Source: Candidatus Nomurabacteria bacterium (lineage in GTDB: Bacteria > Patescibacteriota > Minisyncoccia > Phycocordibacterales > UBA9973). Taken from it: a DNA stretch of 57,766 nt. Each line of letters opens with the position of its first letter. Positions within the stretch are counted from its first letter, which is position 1. The DNA lies in contig JAHFNO010000007.1 in NCBI GenBank assembly GCA_023267275.1, forward strand, positions 1 through 57,766, written 5' to 3'. A model generated the notes under the pieces. It ran no database searches. It was not told where the DNA came from and saw only the letters and a program-made list of their open reading frames with translations. This document shows, in pieces, positions 17,402 to 27,770 of this stretch. The position numbers and the translations under genes were made by a program.

Positions 17402-20053
17402 ATGAAATGCGAAAAAGAAAACAATCAAAACTGGATTCGTGTGAAGGGTGCAAAGACCCACAATCTCAAAAATGTAGATGTGGAAATGCCTCGCGACAAA
17501 ATGGTCGCAATCACTGGAATGTCCGGATCAGGAAAATCGTCTCTCGCATTCGATACTATTTTTGCCGAGGGTCAGCGTCGCTATGTGGAATCACTTTCTT
17601 CATATGCACGACAATTCCTCCAGCAGATGCCAAAGCCAGATGTAGAAGAAATCACTGGGCTCTCTCCGGCAATCTCTATCGACCAAAAATCTCGCTCAAA
17701 CAATCCGCGCTCAACGGTTGCGACGATCACTGAAATCTACGACTATCTTCGTGTGTTGTATGCGCGTATCGGACGACCGTTTTCTCCAATCTCTGGTCTT
17801 GAAGTAAAAAAACTTTCTAATCAAGAAATTTCTGATTTCGTTTTGAAGAAAGTAAAAGAAGTTCTCAAAAATTCCTCCCACCACCCCGCCTCGAGTACGA
17901 GTCACCCCTCCTCGGGCAGGAGGGGAGGAAAACGTGCTGTGATGGGTGTTGAATGGAACGATGCGCCAATCGAAATCTATGCGCCAATGGTGCGTGGACG
18001 AAAAGGTGAATACTATCAGTTGCTCTACGATATGCTTTCAAAAGGATATGAAAAAGCGCGCATCGATGGCAAAGTGCACAATCTGCGCGATCGTATTGAG
18101 CTCTCAAAAACAGCCAAGCATGAAATCGATATTATGATCGATAGTTTTGCCGTACATGAATTTGCCGATCGTCCAGCCGATATGGAAATGCGTCTTGCTG
18201 AAGCTATCGAGCGAGCGATTCTTGAAAGCGATGGACTCATTCGCATTGTCACTCCGGAAGAAGACGCACTGCTCTCCGCAAAACTTATCTGTCCCGAAGA
18301 CGGCTATGTGTTTCCAGAAGTAGAACCACGACTCTTTTCTTTCAACTCTCCGTACGGCGCGTGTGCTGCATGTAATGGTCTTGGAACAAAACATTTCTTT
18401 GGTGATGAACCATGTGATACCTGTCACGGTGCGCGTTTGCGTGAAGAAGCACTCAATATTTTTCTTGGCGGAAAAGAACACGGAAAAAATGTTGTTGATT
18501 TTACCAAGATGACTGTCCGTGAAGCCGTAGACTTCATGGCGACAATCAAACTTACGCCAAAAGAAAAAGAAATCGGCGCAGGAATCTTGAAAGAAATTTC
18601 AGATCGATTGCAATTTATGCTCAACGTTGGTTTGGATTATCTTGGTCTTGATCGCCGTGCGAACACGCTCTCTGGCGGAGAATCGCAACGCATTCGTCTT
18701 GCTTCACAGCTCGGTTCGCGACTCGTCGGTGCCATGTATGTACTCGACGAGCCAACGATTGGTCTGCATCAACGCGACAATGACAAGCTCATTGCGACAC
18801 TGCTTGAACTTCGTGATTTGGGAAATACGATTATTGTGGTTGAACACGATGAAGATACTATTTATGCTTCTGACTATATTGTAGATATCGGTCCGGCTGC
18901 TGGCGTGCATGGTGGAAATATTATTGAATCCGGTTGGCTTGAAAAATTGCTCACCGCAAAAACAAATCCATCTGGATCTCGCACACTCGCATATTTGCGT
19001 GGTGAAGCAAAAATTGCCATTCCAGAAAAGCGTCGCGATTCCGACAAAGGCATGTTGCAAATTGTGGGCGCAAAGATACACAATATCGACAACATCAACG
19101 TCGATATTCCGCTCGGGCGTCTCGTCTGTGTGACAGGAGTTTCTGGTGCAGGGAAGTCGAGCTTTGTCGATGATGTGCTCGCGGCAAATCTTTCGGCTCA
19201 ATTTGATAAAAAATATCGTACAAACAAAATTTATAACTGTGCAAAATTCCTCGGTCGTGAATATCTCACTCGTGCAATTCTTATCGACCAGAGTCCTATT
19301 GGACGCACGCCACGTAGTAACATTGCTACCTACACTGGTGCATGGAGTCATATTCGCGATATGTTTGCCGAGACTGAAGAAGCACGACTTCGTGGATGGA
19401 AAGCAAATCGTTTTTCTTTCAACGTAAAAGGTGGACGCTGTGAAGCCTGTGAAGGTCGCGGCGTGATTGCTGTGGAGATGCATTTCTTACCGACAGTGTA
19501 CGTTATTTGTGATGTTTGTGACGGAAAGCGTTTCGACAAAGAAACACTGAAAGTAAAATACAAAAAGAAGAGCGTATATGATGTGCTTGAAATGACCGTG
19601 GAAGAAGCAAACGAATTTTTTCGCGATATTCCAGCTATCTCAGATCGACTGCAAACACTTGTGGATGTGGGACTTTCGTATATAAAAATCGGACAGAACG
19701 CGACAACGCTTTCCGGCGGAGAGGCGCAGCGCGTAAAAATCGCATCAGAACTTTACCGGCCGTTTATTCAAAAAGCGATGTATCTTCTCGACGAACCGAC
19801 AGTGGGATTGCATTATGATGATGTGGCAAATCTTATTGATGTGTTGCAGAAGCTTGTAAATCGCGGCAACAGTGTGGTGGTGATTGAACACAATCTTGAT
19901 CTCATAAAATGCGCCGACTACCTCATCGACTTCGGTCCAGAAGGGGGAGACAAGGGTGGAAAGGTTGTGGCAAAAGGAACCCCAGAAGAAGTGGCGAATA
20001 ATGCAAAATCACACACGGGATATTATTTAAAAAAAGTGCTGAAGAGGAAATAG
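17402..20053 (+). CDS. uvrA: excinuclease ABC subunit A
   Basis: Two ABC modules ([17 protein letters not shown]; [17 protein letters not shown]) and Zn fingers; ATG 17384 lies inside the repeat, so 17402 is preferred. Confidence 0.98.
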   Translation: MKCEKENNQNWIRVKGAKTHNLKNVDVEMPRDKMVAITGMSGSGKSSLAFDTIFAEGQRRYVESLSSYARQFLQQMPKPDVEEITGLSPAISIDQKSRSNNPRSTVATITEIYDYLRVLYARIGRPFSPISGLEVKKLSNQEISDFVLKKVKEVLKNSSHHPASSTSHPSSGRRGGKRAVMGVEWNDAPIEIYAPMVRGRKGEYYQLLYDMLSKGYEKARIDGKVHNLRDRIELSKTAKHEIDIMIDSFAVHEFADRPADMEMRLAEAIERAILESDGLIRIVTPEEDALLSAKLICPEDGYVFPEVEPRLFSFNSPYGACAACNGLGTKHFFGDEPCDTCHGARLREEALNIFLGGKEHGKNVVDFTKMTVREAVDFMATIKLTPKEKEIGAGILKEISDRLQFMLNVGLDYLGLDRRANTLSGGESQRIRLASQLGSRLVGAMYVLDEPTIGLHQRDNDKLIATLLELRDLGNTIIVVEHDEDTIYASDYIVDIGPAAGVHGGNIIESGWLEKLLTAKTNPSGSRTLAYLRGEAKIAIPEKRRDSDKGMLQIVGAKIHNIDNINVDIPLGRLVCVTGVSGAGKSSFVDDVLAANLSAQFDKKYRTNKIYNCAKFLGREYLTRAILIDQSPIGRTPRSNIATYTGAWSHIRDMFAETEEARLRGWKANRFSFNVKGGRCEACEGRGVIAVEMHFLPTVYVICDVCDGKRFDKETLKVKYKKKSVYDVLEMTVEEANEFFRDIPAISDRLQTLVDVGLSYIKIGQNATTLSGGEAQRVKIASELYRPFIQKAMYLLDEPTVGLHYDDVANLIDVLQKLVNRGNSVVVIEHNLDLIKCADYLIDFGPEGGDKGGKVVAKGTPEEVANNAKSHTGYYLKKVLKRK
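17875..17926. repeat. 52-bp hairpin element in frame in uvrA
   Basis: ctcccaccaccccgcctcgagtacgagtcacccctcctcgggcaggagggga. Confidence 0.9.
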
Positions 20054-20064
20054 TATTTAATTAA

Positions 20065-20093
20065 AAACGGGAAAGGTCATACCTTTCCCGTTT
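20065..20093. terminator. bidirectional hairpin after uvrA
   Basis: aaacgggaaaggt-cat-acctttcccgttt. Confidence 0.75.
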
Positions 20094-20108
20094 GCACATT
20101 TGTTGCTT

Positions 20109-20435
20109 TTAACCGATAGCTTCAGCGATGCATTCAAGTAATTTATCTAAAGCATAGTGCTTTTGAATTTCCTTGTCGCGAGCTATGTCTTCATCATTTA
20201 CTGGATTTTTAAGATATTCTTTCTTAAAAATTATTTTGTGAGACACTTCTTTCCTTTGGATATCAGGTTTTGCTGCAATATCGCAAAATCTTTCATACTG
20301 CTCATTGGTGAGCTCTTTTGCAATTGTAGTATTTATGGCTTCTGATATTTCAATATTAGATCCATAGAAATATGAAAGTTGTGCACCGAGTGTTAATGCT
20401 TCAAGTATTTTTATGAGATTGAATTTTGTTTGTTT
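20109..20435 (-). pseudogene. start-less ~108-codon orphan reading frame
   Basis: Open frame ...IKILEALTLGAQLSYFYG...LLECIAEAIG*; nearest ATG (20442) is out of frame. Confidence 0.5.
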
Positions 20436-20453
20436 TTACCATATAGTATATCC

Positions 20454-21761
20454 GTGAAAAGTCAAGAATTAGCTAAAGCCAAATTGCCAGATGTACCCGG
20501 TGTATATTTCTTCCGAAAAGGGAAGGATATTTTGTATATTGGCAAAGCTACTTCGCTCCGTGATCGTACGAAGAGCTATTTTGCCAAGGATTTAATTGCA
20601 ACTCGTGGTCCACTCATCGTGGATATGGTGTTTAAGGCTGACACTGTGAAGTGGCAAGAGACAGACTCTGTACTCGAAGCGCTCATTCTTGAAGCCAATC
20701 TTATCAAGCAACATCAGCCGTACTACAATACAAAAGAAAAAGACGATAAGAGTTGGAACTATGTTGTGATAACTAAGGATGACCTCCCGAAAGTATTGGT
20801 TATACGAGGCAAGGATTTATTTTCCAAACACCAAACACCAAACACCAAAAACCATTCAGCTATCTTCGGTCCTTTTACAAGCGGACTACAGCTCAAAGAA
20901 GCGCTCAAGATTGTGCGCAAGATTTTTCCGTTTGTGGATGCGAGTTCAGCCAAGCGCGACAATTATGAATTTTATCGTCAATTAGGTTTAACTCCTGATT
21001 TGGGTTCGGGCGTCGGTGTCATCCCGGACTTGATCCGGGATCCACGAAAAATACGAATGGATTCCGGCTCGGAGGCCGGAATGACAAGGGCTATGGATGT
21101 GTACAAGAGAAATTTAAAAAACATCAAACTTTTTTTTGAAGGAAAGAAAAAAGATATTGTAAAAAATTTGAATGGGGAAATGAAGCTCGCGGCCAAGGCG
21201 TGCCGCTTTGAAGAAGCGGCGCGCCTGCGCAATCAGATTTTTGCGCTTGAGCATATCAATGACATAGCTTTGCTTAAGAATGACCTAGCACCAAACACCA
21301 AACACCAAAAACCAGGCTTCCGTATTGAAGCATATGACGTCGCACACATGAGTGGAAAAAACATGGTGGGTGTGATGACTGTGCTTGAGGATGGCGAAAT
21401 CAATAACAAAGAATATCGTTCATTCAATATCAAAGGATTTACTGATGCCAATGATACCGGCGCACTTGAAGAAATGCTCTCTCGGCGTTTTCGTCATGTT
21501 GAATGGGGAATGCCAGACCTCGTGGTAGCGGACGGTGGTGAAGCGCAACTGCGCGTGGCAAAACAAGTCTTGAAGCGATACCAACTCGAAATTCCTGTGG
21601 TGTCAGTAGTAAAAGACGAACGACACAAACCAAAAGATATTTTGGGAGATGAAGTCATGGCGAAAAAAATGAAAAAGGAAATCCTACTCGGCAACAGCGA
21701 GGCACACCGCTTTTCAATCAAATTGCATAAAAACAAACGCAACAAGAACTTTCTCAAGTAG
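20454..21761 (+). CDS. uvrC: excinuclease ABC subunit C (short; no C-terminal HhH)
   Basis: PGVY..LYIGKA GIY-YIG, FEEAARLRNQI UVR, RIEAYDVAH and PDLVVADGG RNase H-like domain; GTG start inferred. Confidence 0.93.
   Translation: MKSQELAKAKLPDVPGVYFFRKGKDILYIGKATSLRDRTKSYFAKDLIATRGPLIVDMVFKADTVKWQETDSVLEALILEANLIKQHQPYYNTKEKDDKSWNYVVITKDDLPKVLVIRGKDLFSKHQTPNTKNHSAIFGPFTSGLQLKEALKIVRKIFPFVDASSAKRDNYEFYRQLGLTPDLGSGVGVIPDLIRDPRKIRMDSGSEAGMTRAMDVYKRNLKNIKLFFEGKKKDIVKNLNGEMKLAAKACRFEEAARLRNQIFALEHINDIALLKNDLAPNTKHQKPGFRIEAYDVAHMSGKNMVGVMTVLEDGEINNKEYRSFNIKGFTDANDTGALEEMLSRRFRHVEWGMPDLVVADGGEAQLRVAKQVLKRYQLEIPVVSVVKDERHKPKDILGDEVMAKKMKKEILLGNSEAHRFSIKLHKNKRNKNFLK
20824..20854. repeat. heptamer array in frame in uvrC
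   Basis: ccaaaca x3, ccaaaaa, cca. Confidence 0.85.
21018..21085. repeat. GTCATCC-type element, copy 3, in frame in uvrC
   Basis: gtcatcccggacttgatccgggatcc...ggattccggctcggaggccggaatgac, encoding VIPDLIRDPRKIRMDSGSEAGMT. Confidence 0.9.
21284..21314. repeat. second heptamer array in frame in uvrC
   Basis: cctagca ccaaaca ccaaaca ccaaaaa cca. Confidence 0.85.
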
Positions 21762-21826
21762 CACTCAACATTTTAAACCCAGTAGGTGAATTTGCTAATT
21801 CACGACCGTTTAAAATGTTGAGTGCT
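21760..21826. repeat. ACTCAAC...GTTGAGT palindromic element, copy 1
   Basis: 19-bp perfect arms; core 28/29 identical to the reverse complement of 40558-40586. Confidence 0.85.
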
Positions 21827-21881
21827 TTTTTTCTAACTTTTTTGCTTTGAACTTTGAGCTTTACGCTTTATACTTGTACAT

Positions 21882-22802
21882 ATGATACGTGTTGGAGTTA
21901 TTCGCGGAGGTACTGGCCATCAATATGAAAAATCGCTCGCCACTGGCGGGTTTGTTTTGCAAAATCTCCCAAAAGATTTGTATCAGACTGTTGATATCTA
22001 TATCGACCGCGAAGGAGTATGGCACTTGAATGGACTTCCTGTTACCGAAGAAATGCTTGCGAGTCGTATCGACATGGTTTGGAATGCACTCCACGGATTT
22101 TACGGAGAAGATGGAAAGATACAGCAAGTGTTACAAAATCTCGGCATTCCATATATCGGCAGTGATCCATTTACCTCAATGGTGACAATGGACAAAAAAC
22201 TCTTGCGTGAACTTCTGACAAATTTGCAGGTAAAGGTGCCGCGCGGAATATATATTGAAGATTGGGGAAATGAAGATCGGGACGAGACCGTCGCCGAAAC
22301 CGTGCGTACAGTTTCAACAAAACTTTCTCCACCATGGATTGTTGAGCCAATTTCAAAAGGTGCAGGGGATGGCGGTATTCGCGCAAACACACGCGATGAA
22401 CTTGTTACCGTACTTTCTCAAATGTTTGAATTGCAGATGCCGGTGCTCGTGGAAGAAATGGTGCTTGGAAAAGATGTCAGTATTTCTACTACGACCGATT
22501 TTCGTGGCGAGCCAATCTACGCATTTCTTCCGACTGAAAAAGACAACCATCGCACGCATTTGACCAAAAAAGAAAGTGAACCACTTCAGAAACTCGCAAA
22601 AGAAATTCACAAGAACATGAATCTCGGACACTATTCTCGCGTGGAAGCGACGATTACTCCACGAGGACATATTTATGTGCGAAATATTGAGACTATTCCA
22701 TCGCTCCATGAAGGTGCGGATTTACACAAGGCACTCGCCGATGTTGGTTCCTCGTTCAAAGAACTCGCGGCAAGTTTGATTTCAAAAGCGATGGGGAAAT
22801 AA
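21882..22802 (+). CDS. ddl: D-alanine--D-alanine ligase-like ATP-grasp protein (degenerate)
   Basis: RVGVIRGG, ALHGFYGEDGKIQ, PYIGS, MDK motifs; several catalytic residues altered. Confidence 0.8.
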   Translation: MIRVGVIRGGTGHQYEKSLATGGFVLQNLPKDLYQTVDIYIDREGVWHLNGLPVTEEMLASRIDMVWNALHGFYGEDGKIQQVLQNLGIPYIGSDPFTSMVTMDKKLLRELLTNLQVKVPRGIYIEDWGNEDRDETVAETVRTVSTKLSPPWIVEPISKGAGDGGIRANTRDELVTVLSQMFELQMPVLVEEMVLGKDVSISTTTDFRGEPIYAFLPTEKDNHRTHLTKKESEPLQKLAKEIHKNMNLGHYSRVEATITPRGHIYVRNIETIPSLHEGADLHKALADVGSSFKELAASLISKAMGK

Positions 22803-22926
22803 CGTTTTTAGCTTTGCATAAGTGTTCCCTTATAAGATATTGCAAAAATACGATTATTCGGCTAGAATACTCGTGTTGTTATATAAGGTAAAACATTCCT
22901 TTGGAATGTTCGCCCGACGAAGTTTA

Positions 22927-22999
22927 GGGCCGTTAGCTCATCTGGTAGAGCACCTCATTTGCAATGAGGGGGTGGCAGGTTCGAGTCCTGTACGGTCCA
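22927..22999 (+). tRNA. tRNA-Ala(UGC)
   Basis: GGGCCGT/ACGGTCC acceptor with G3:U70, CCTCA-TTTGCAA-TGAGG anticodon arm, GGTTCGAGTCC T arm. Confidence 0.96.
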
Positions 23000-23114
23000 C
23001 AAAACGTTGCTAAATAAAGGTATTTTAGGAAAATGGCTGTTTTGCTAGACCACCTCTTGCACTAAACAGGTCGTTGACTTCAAGGAAAATACATTGCGCG
23101 GTATATAATGCTCC

Positions 23115-24023
23115 ATGGACATCTCTATTCTGTGTGAGAACTTTTGTGATTATTGTGTTTCAATTCGCGGGCAATCTAAAGCAACAATACGAAGATACAG
23201 GTATGTCATTGGTTGTTTCTGTAAGTTCACTGAAGTTACAGAACTGAACCAAATTACCGATGAAAAGGTCAGAGGGTTATTTTACTACGGCAGAACTGAA
23301 CGAAAATGGTCAGTGAACACTTTCATTGTGTACCACGTATCCTTGCTGGTATTCTTTCGCTGGTGTGTGAAGCAGGGGTACATGGAAAAGAATCCCATTG
23401 TTGATATAGAAGTACCGAAGCTTGAAAAGAAGCTCCCAGTACGGCTGACAAAGCAGTCTGCTCTTCGGCTTCTTGAGGTTGTATATAACTATCCGTATAA
23501 TAACAAGTTCTTGCGATCTCGGAACCACGCCATATTCGCAACTTTTATTTTTGCTGGCCTTCGTAAGCAGGAACTTCTGAATCTAAAGTTTGCTGATGTG
23601 GATATTGAAAATCTGACACTCTTTGTTCGGCAAGGCAAAGGAAACAAGGATCGTATTGTTCCTATTAGCTACACCCTGGCGCAGAGCTTAAAAAGGTATA
23701 CTGATGAAAGAAAGCGGCTTAACAAGACCTGCCCTGAGTTCTTTGCTTCTTTGACTCTTAATCGGGGATACTCAAACGATGGTTTAAAAAGGTTGGTAGC
23801 GCAAATGAGTGAAGCATCGGGAATTACATTCAGTGTTCATAAACTAAGACACACATTTGCAACACTCATGCTTGAGGGTGGTTGCGACATATACAGCCTT
23901 TCAAGAATGATGGGGCACAGCGACATAAAGACAACTACAATTTATCTTTCAGCAAGTGTACAGCATTTAAGAGGGCAGATAACGAAGCATCCATTAAATG
24001 ACATGCTTATTCAAAATGGATAA
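23115..24023 (+). CDS. tyrosine recombinase/integrase (XerC/D-like)
   Basis: AGLRKQEL, GKGNKDR, HKLRHTFAT, MGHSDIKTTTIY catalytic motifs. Confidence 0.95.
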   Translation: MDISILCENFCDYCVSIRGQSKATIRRYRYVIGCFCKFTEVTELNQITDEKVRGLFYYGRTERKWSVNTFIVYHVSLLVFFRWCVKQGYMEKNPIVDIEVPKLEKKLPVRLTKQSALRLLEVVYNYPYNNKFLRSRNHAIFATFIFAGLRKQELLNLKFADVDIENLTLFVRQGKGNKDRIVPISYTLAQSLKRYTDERKRLNKTCPEFFASLTLNRGYSNDGLKRLVAQMSEASGITFSVHKLRHTFATLMLEGGCDIYSLSRMMGHSDIKTTTIYLSASVQHLRGQITKHPLNDMLIQNG

Positions 24024-24067
24024 ACTGGGCAATAGATCAATACTGCCGGTGATTATTATAATCAAGA

Positions 24068-24337
24068 CTATTTCCTCAATTCCAAGATTTTGGAATTATA
24101 TGCAAACAACCAGCTGCTCAGTTTTTTGTGCAATTTCGGATACATGCCTTTTAAATTAACATGCTCAGATGTACCAAGCACAATGCAGAGCATGACGTGC
24201 TCTCCTAAGGTTGGCAGTGTCTTATCCTTCTTAATATCAGCAAACAGCCTATCTACTCCTTTCAGCTCCTTCTTGAGATTATATCCCTTGACAGATTTTC
24301 TTTTCTTTGTGGTAGTCATATTTTCCACTCTACTCAC
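24068..24337 (-). CDS. hypothetical protein
   Basis: 89-aa ORF divergent from the XRE gene. Confidence 0.55.
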   Translation of the reverse strand: MSRVENMTTTKKRKSVKGYNLKKELKGVDRLFADIKKDKTLPTLGEHVMLCIVLGTSEHVNLKGMYPKLHKKLSSWLFAYNSKILELRK

Positions 24338-24450
24338 CGGATATTTTTTGTCAAGCGAATGGAAAAATGTTCAGTTATCCCCATAAATATCCATAAGTGG
24401 GTGTTTTTCCTATCCTGACAACAGTCTGCTCTGATTGGTATCGTATATGT

Positions 24451-24747
24451 ATGGCTTTTGTTCATGAGTCAATTGGATATCGGTTAAAGAAACACCGTAC
24501 TTGCATGGGATATTCTCTGCGTGAAGCGGCAGAACTTGCAGGTGTAAGTGCCACAAGGCTTTCACAATGGGAGCGCAATATCAGAATGCCAAGTATTCAG
24601 AACCTTGTGAAGCTTGCTGTTCTTTACCGGGTTATGGTAGATGAACTTTGTTTTGATTTACGAAGGGAATCAGCAAGAACTCTAGGTAAACGATTTAAAA
24701 AAATAAATGAAGATTATTCAAGGATAATCAAGGACAGCCCTACATAG
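24451..24747 (+). CDS. XRE-family HTH regulator
   Basis: IGYRLKKHR...SLREAAELAGVSATRLSQWERNIRMPS..NLVKLA. Confidence 0.9.
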   Translation: MAFVHESIGYRLKKHRTCMGYSLREAAELAGVSATRLSQWERNIRMPSIQNLVKLAVLYRVMVDELCFDLRRESARTLGKRFKKINEDYSRIIKDSPT

Positions 24748-24871
24748 ATAAAATGTTTCCTTTTTTGTTCACGTTATTTGATCGTGTTTCCGTTTGTGAA
24801 AACAGGCTTCTTTCCCATGCTTTCTTCTGTATTTAATCCTCATTGTATCGTTCGATATTCCGTTCATCGAT

Positions 24872-25630
24872 TTATTTATTAGAAATAAATAACGATATCA
24901 ACAGTGCGGCAACTGCGACAATTGATTTTTTATTTCGCTTAATTATATTGATGAATAGATAGAATAGATTACTTCGATTATTATTTTTCTTATTCTTTTT
25001 TTCATCGGGTTTTTCATAGATATCTTCCACTAACACTATAGGATTAGGCATGTTAATCGGTTGTGCTGCAGCTTGATTTTCCAATATTGTCTGGAATTTA
25101 TTATCTGGGACAGAATCTTTGTCCAATAATTTAGTGTCTTGCTTAATGAAAATTGCAGTGTCCGAATTGTCCGGGGGTATAATTTTAGCTTTTTCGTGGT
25201 CTGCTAACTGTTGAATGGCATATGCAGGCAATATAACTTCATATTTAACTAGGTTTTTATCTTTTTTGATTGCACTTTCATCATAATCGAATTGCAAGAG
25301 TTCATCAATAAGCGTTTTATTCTTCTTGCATACATGGCAGATGAAGTCTAAAAGTTGGAAAGTTGCACCATCAGCTGATCTACCTATTGCTCGGGAAATT
25401 GCCTTATGATGGAGGGTAATGCCGATACTAGTACATTCTTCGTATAAGTCTGGATTATTCCTTTTGAACTCACCTTCAAATATTTCTTCCAAATATTTTG
25501 AAATATACAAATAACTATCACCTCCTTTAGTAGCCTCAGCATTTACTCTCAATTGAGAATTAAAATGCACCAAGAGTTTAGTGGGCATTTTTACCTTTTT
25601 CTCAAAGAAAAGAGAATGTCTCTGTTCCAT
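24872..25630 (-). CDS. hypothetical protein with C-terminal hydrophobic tail
   Basis: 252-aa ORF; no family recognised. Confidence 0.65.
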   Translation of the reverse strand: MEQRHSLFFEKKVKMPTKLLVHFNSQLRVNAEATKGGDSYLYISKYLEEIFEGEFKRNNPDLYEECTSIGITLHHKAISRAIGRSADGATFQLLDFICHVCKKNKTLIDELLQFDYDESAIKKDKNLVKYEVILPAYAIQQLADHEKAKIIPPDNSDTAIFIKQDTKLLDKDSVPDNKFQTILENQAAAQPINMPNPIVLVEDIYEKPDEKKNKKNNNRSNLFYLFINIIKRNKKSIVAVAALLISLFISNK

Positions 25631-25713
25631 CTTATATCAATTTTCCAGTGTCCGAAATGTCTTAAATAAGTGGCTAAATTATTGATATTCTCAAAGTAAT
25701 CAAATTGAAATAA

Positions 25714-25806
25714 TAAAAACCCGCCAAAAGACGGGTCCATCTCCAAAAGGTTTCAGCACCCTATGAAGATGTGGAAGTTCAGGTTAAAAAGGAACCGAAA
25801 CTACTT
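25714..25806 (-). ncRNA. candidate short structured RNA or attenuating leader
   Basis: TTGCCT-16-TATAAT promoter (25841-25814), stem catcttca/tggagatg, terminator acccgtc-tttt-ggcgggt plus T run. Confidence 0.4.
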
Positions 25807-26811
25807 ATGTAAGATTATACACATGTATTGCTTTTAGGCAAGTATTGATCTTTTGTATTGACTAGGTTCCATAAAAATAGCAAATATGGGCCAGTCAAAT
25901 TTTTCATTGCTTCTTTCTTTACACGGCGAATACAACAATATCTTGGGGTTGCTAATTCAACGAGTAGAATTGTACGTAGCAGTCCATTTGGTTGTGATAT
26001 TTTCCCACATTTATTTCCTCCCAGGAATATTTTCTTTTCCAGACATCAATTACTATTCGAATTATTTCCTTGTGGTTAAAAGAAGAAATCCACAGTCTGC
26101 CATCATTCTTTCTAATAACAAAGGACCGCCGATAAAATACTCTATAAGTCAAAAAGCTCTAATGGGACAGCAGTGACATCAACTAATAAATTCAACCAAA
26201 GTTGTATTGTAGACCATATCTATAAGTAGATATTTTCCCTACCTATATTCACTCAGGATGATTTTGTCAACTTGCCACAATATTCAATGTATTTAAAGCT
26301 AATGATTGATGGGGCTAATTCAAAAGCTTTCAGCGCAAAAAGTATAAAATCAAATAACATGACCTTGACTTAATTCGTTAATTGTTTTAGTATTAACCCG
26401 AAAGTAGCTCTTTTACAATTTCGATCTATATTAATAGACTACTTAATTTTCTATCCCATCAACAAAATTTTAGGTTTCTATATTCATTAGGCATGTCAAC
26501 ATGAAAATCTGAATGCAACTGGTTTTTCATGTATGCAGTCTTTTATTCCTAAAAAATATGCGAGTATATTTGATAAAGACTTATTGAGTCCTGTTTTCAC
26601 CATAAGTAGCTACCTACCTCATAGGTAGCTTAAAGATCAATTATTAAATGTAAAATCAAGAATTAATACAAATCAATGATTGAGAATAGCAATCGTAGTG
26701 TAAAACATAAAATACAATTTGACATTGAATCAATGAGAAATCTGCGGTATTAATAAGAAAATAGAATGGGAAATTAAGTAGTCTATTAATTAATCTAAAA
26801 AACCACTACTT

Positions 26812-27093
26812 ATGTGCGAAGATCGCGATATTATTATTGAAATGTTCATTAAATGGATTGAGATGGATAAGCCCTGTAATGTTTATCTTAATACTACTGG
26901 AGGAAAATTAACAATGAAACAGGTTTTAGAGCAAATGGAAAAAGGAATTGGGTTTGGGAAAAAATTAAAATTTCAAATTTCATTAAAATGTTTGAACCAC
27001 AGTAACCATTTCTCAGATTTACCGGAACAAACAAAGGAATCACTTGTTATTATTTTTATCAGGGAAACGATAAATAAAATAAAAGCTTCTTAA
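26812..27093 (+). CDS. hypothetical protein (orphan)
   Basis: 93-aa ORF followed by a hairpin and T tract at about 27115-27152. Confidence 0.55.
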   Translation: MCEDRDIIIEMFIKWIEMDKPCNVYLNTTGGKLTMKQVLEQMEKGIGFGKKLKFQISLKCLNHSNHFSDLPEQTKESLVIIFIRETINKIKAS

Positions 27094-27173
27094 TTTTCAA
27101 CTTATAATCATCTGAAAAACACCTCCTTTATATTTCAAGGTGGTGTTTTTTCTTAGTAAAATAAATATCACAA

Positions 27174-27770
27174 ATGAACAGTGCTGATAATAGATTAAAT
27201 AAAAAACAGTATAATATACTTGATCTTGCAGCTGGTGACATTTCATTTTTAAGAAGACTATTAAATTTTCACGAAGGTTCAAAATGTTCGGATACTAATT
27301 GTACAAAATTCGGAAGAGAATTTGCTGAAAATGTAAAATATGTAGCAATAGATTATAAATTCTCCCCAGAAATAATAAAAGCCCACAAAAAATTCGTTTC
27401 TAAATACCCTAAGTGCATTAAATATATTCCTCATAAATTTAATCTTGTTTGCGAGGCAGATTTATTATCTCTTAAAGAAAAATACAAAAATGCAAAATTT
27501 GATTTAATCATTTTAAACAATGCTCTTCATGAAATATCTCTAAATAAGTGGCCAACAATACTACTTACAGTATACGATCTTTTAAAAGTGGATGGTCACT
27601 TTGCCTTAATTGATCTTACAAATCCGATGGCCTTAGTAGATATTGAGCAATCCTATACAAGATTTAAAAAGAAGTGTTCCTTTTGGGATGCTGATGCAAT
27701 TTATTGTATTAACTCGGCTGCCGGAAAATTAATTAGCCATATTGGGCTAAAATCGGATTGCATTCATTAA
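27174..27770 (+). CDS. class I SAM-dependent methyltransferase-like (possibly frameshifted, continuing to 28009)
   Basis: ILDLAAGD motif I, YVAID, FDLIILNNALHEI, LLKVDGHFALID. Confidence 0.7.
   Translation: MNSADNRLNKKQYNILDLAAGDISFLRRLLNFHEGSKCSDTNCTKFGREFAENVKYVAIDYKFSPEIIKAHKKFVSKYPKCIKYIPHKFNLVCEADLLSLKEKYKNAKFDLIILNNALHEISLNKWPTILLTVYDLLKVDGHFALIDLTNPMALVDIEQSYTRFKKKCSFWDADAIYCINSAAGKLISHIGLKSDCIH

Noticed and set aside
18704-19483. Long antisense ORFs (also 41643-42500, 34833-35483, 9972-10541, 51533-52114)
   Set aside because: They are shadows of well-supported genes on the opposite strand, with no recognisable motifs.
14600-20460. LexA/SOS boxes upstream of the uvr genes
   Set aside because: No shared palindromic operator was found by eye upstream of uvrB, uvrA and uvrC.
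23115-24023. Integron integrase with a cassette array
   Set aside because: No IntI-specific insertion is evident, and there is no tandem attC array next to it.
25858-26176. Overlapping short ORFs inside the island
   Set aside because: They overlap each other and have no motifs or clear expression signals; probably decayed DNA.
26586-26594. attR of the tRNA-Ala island
   Set aside because: Only 9 bp match; this could be chance.
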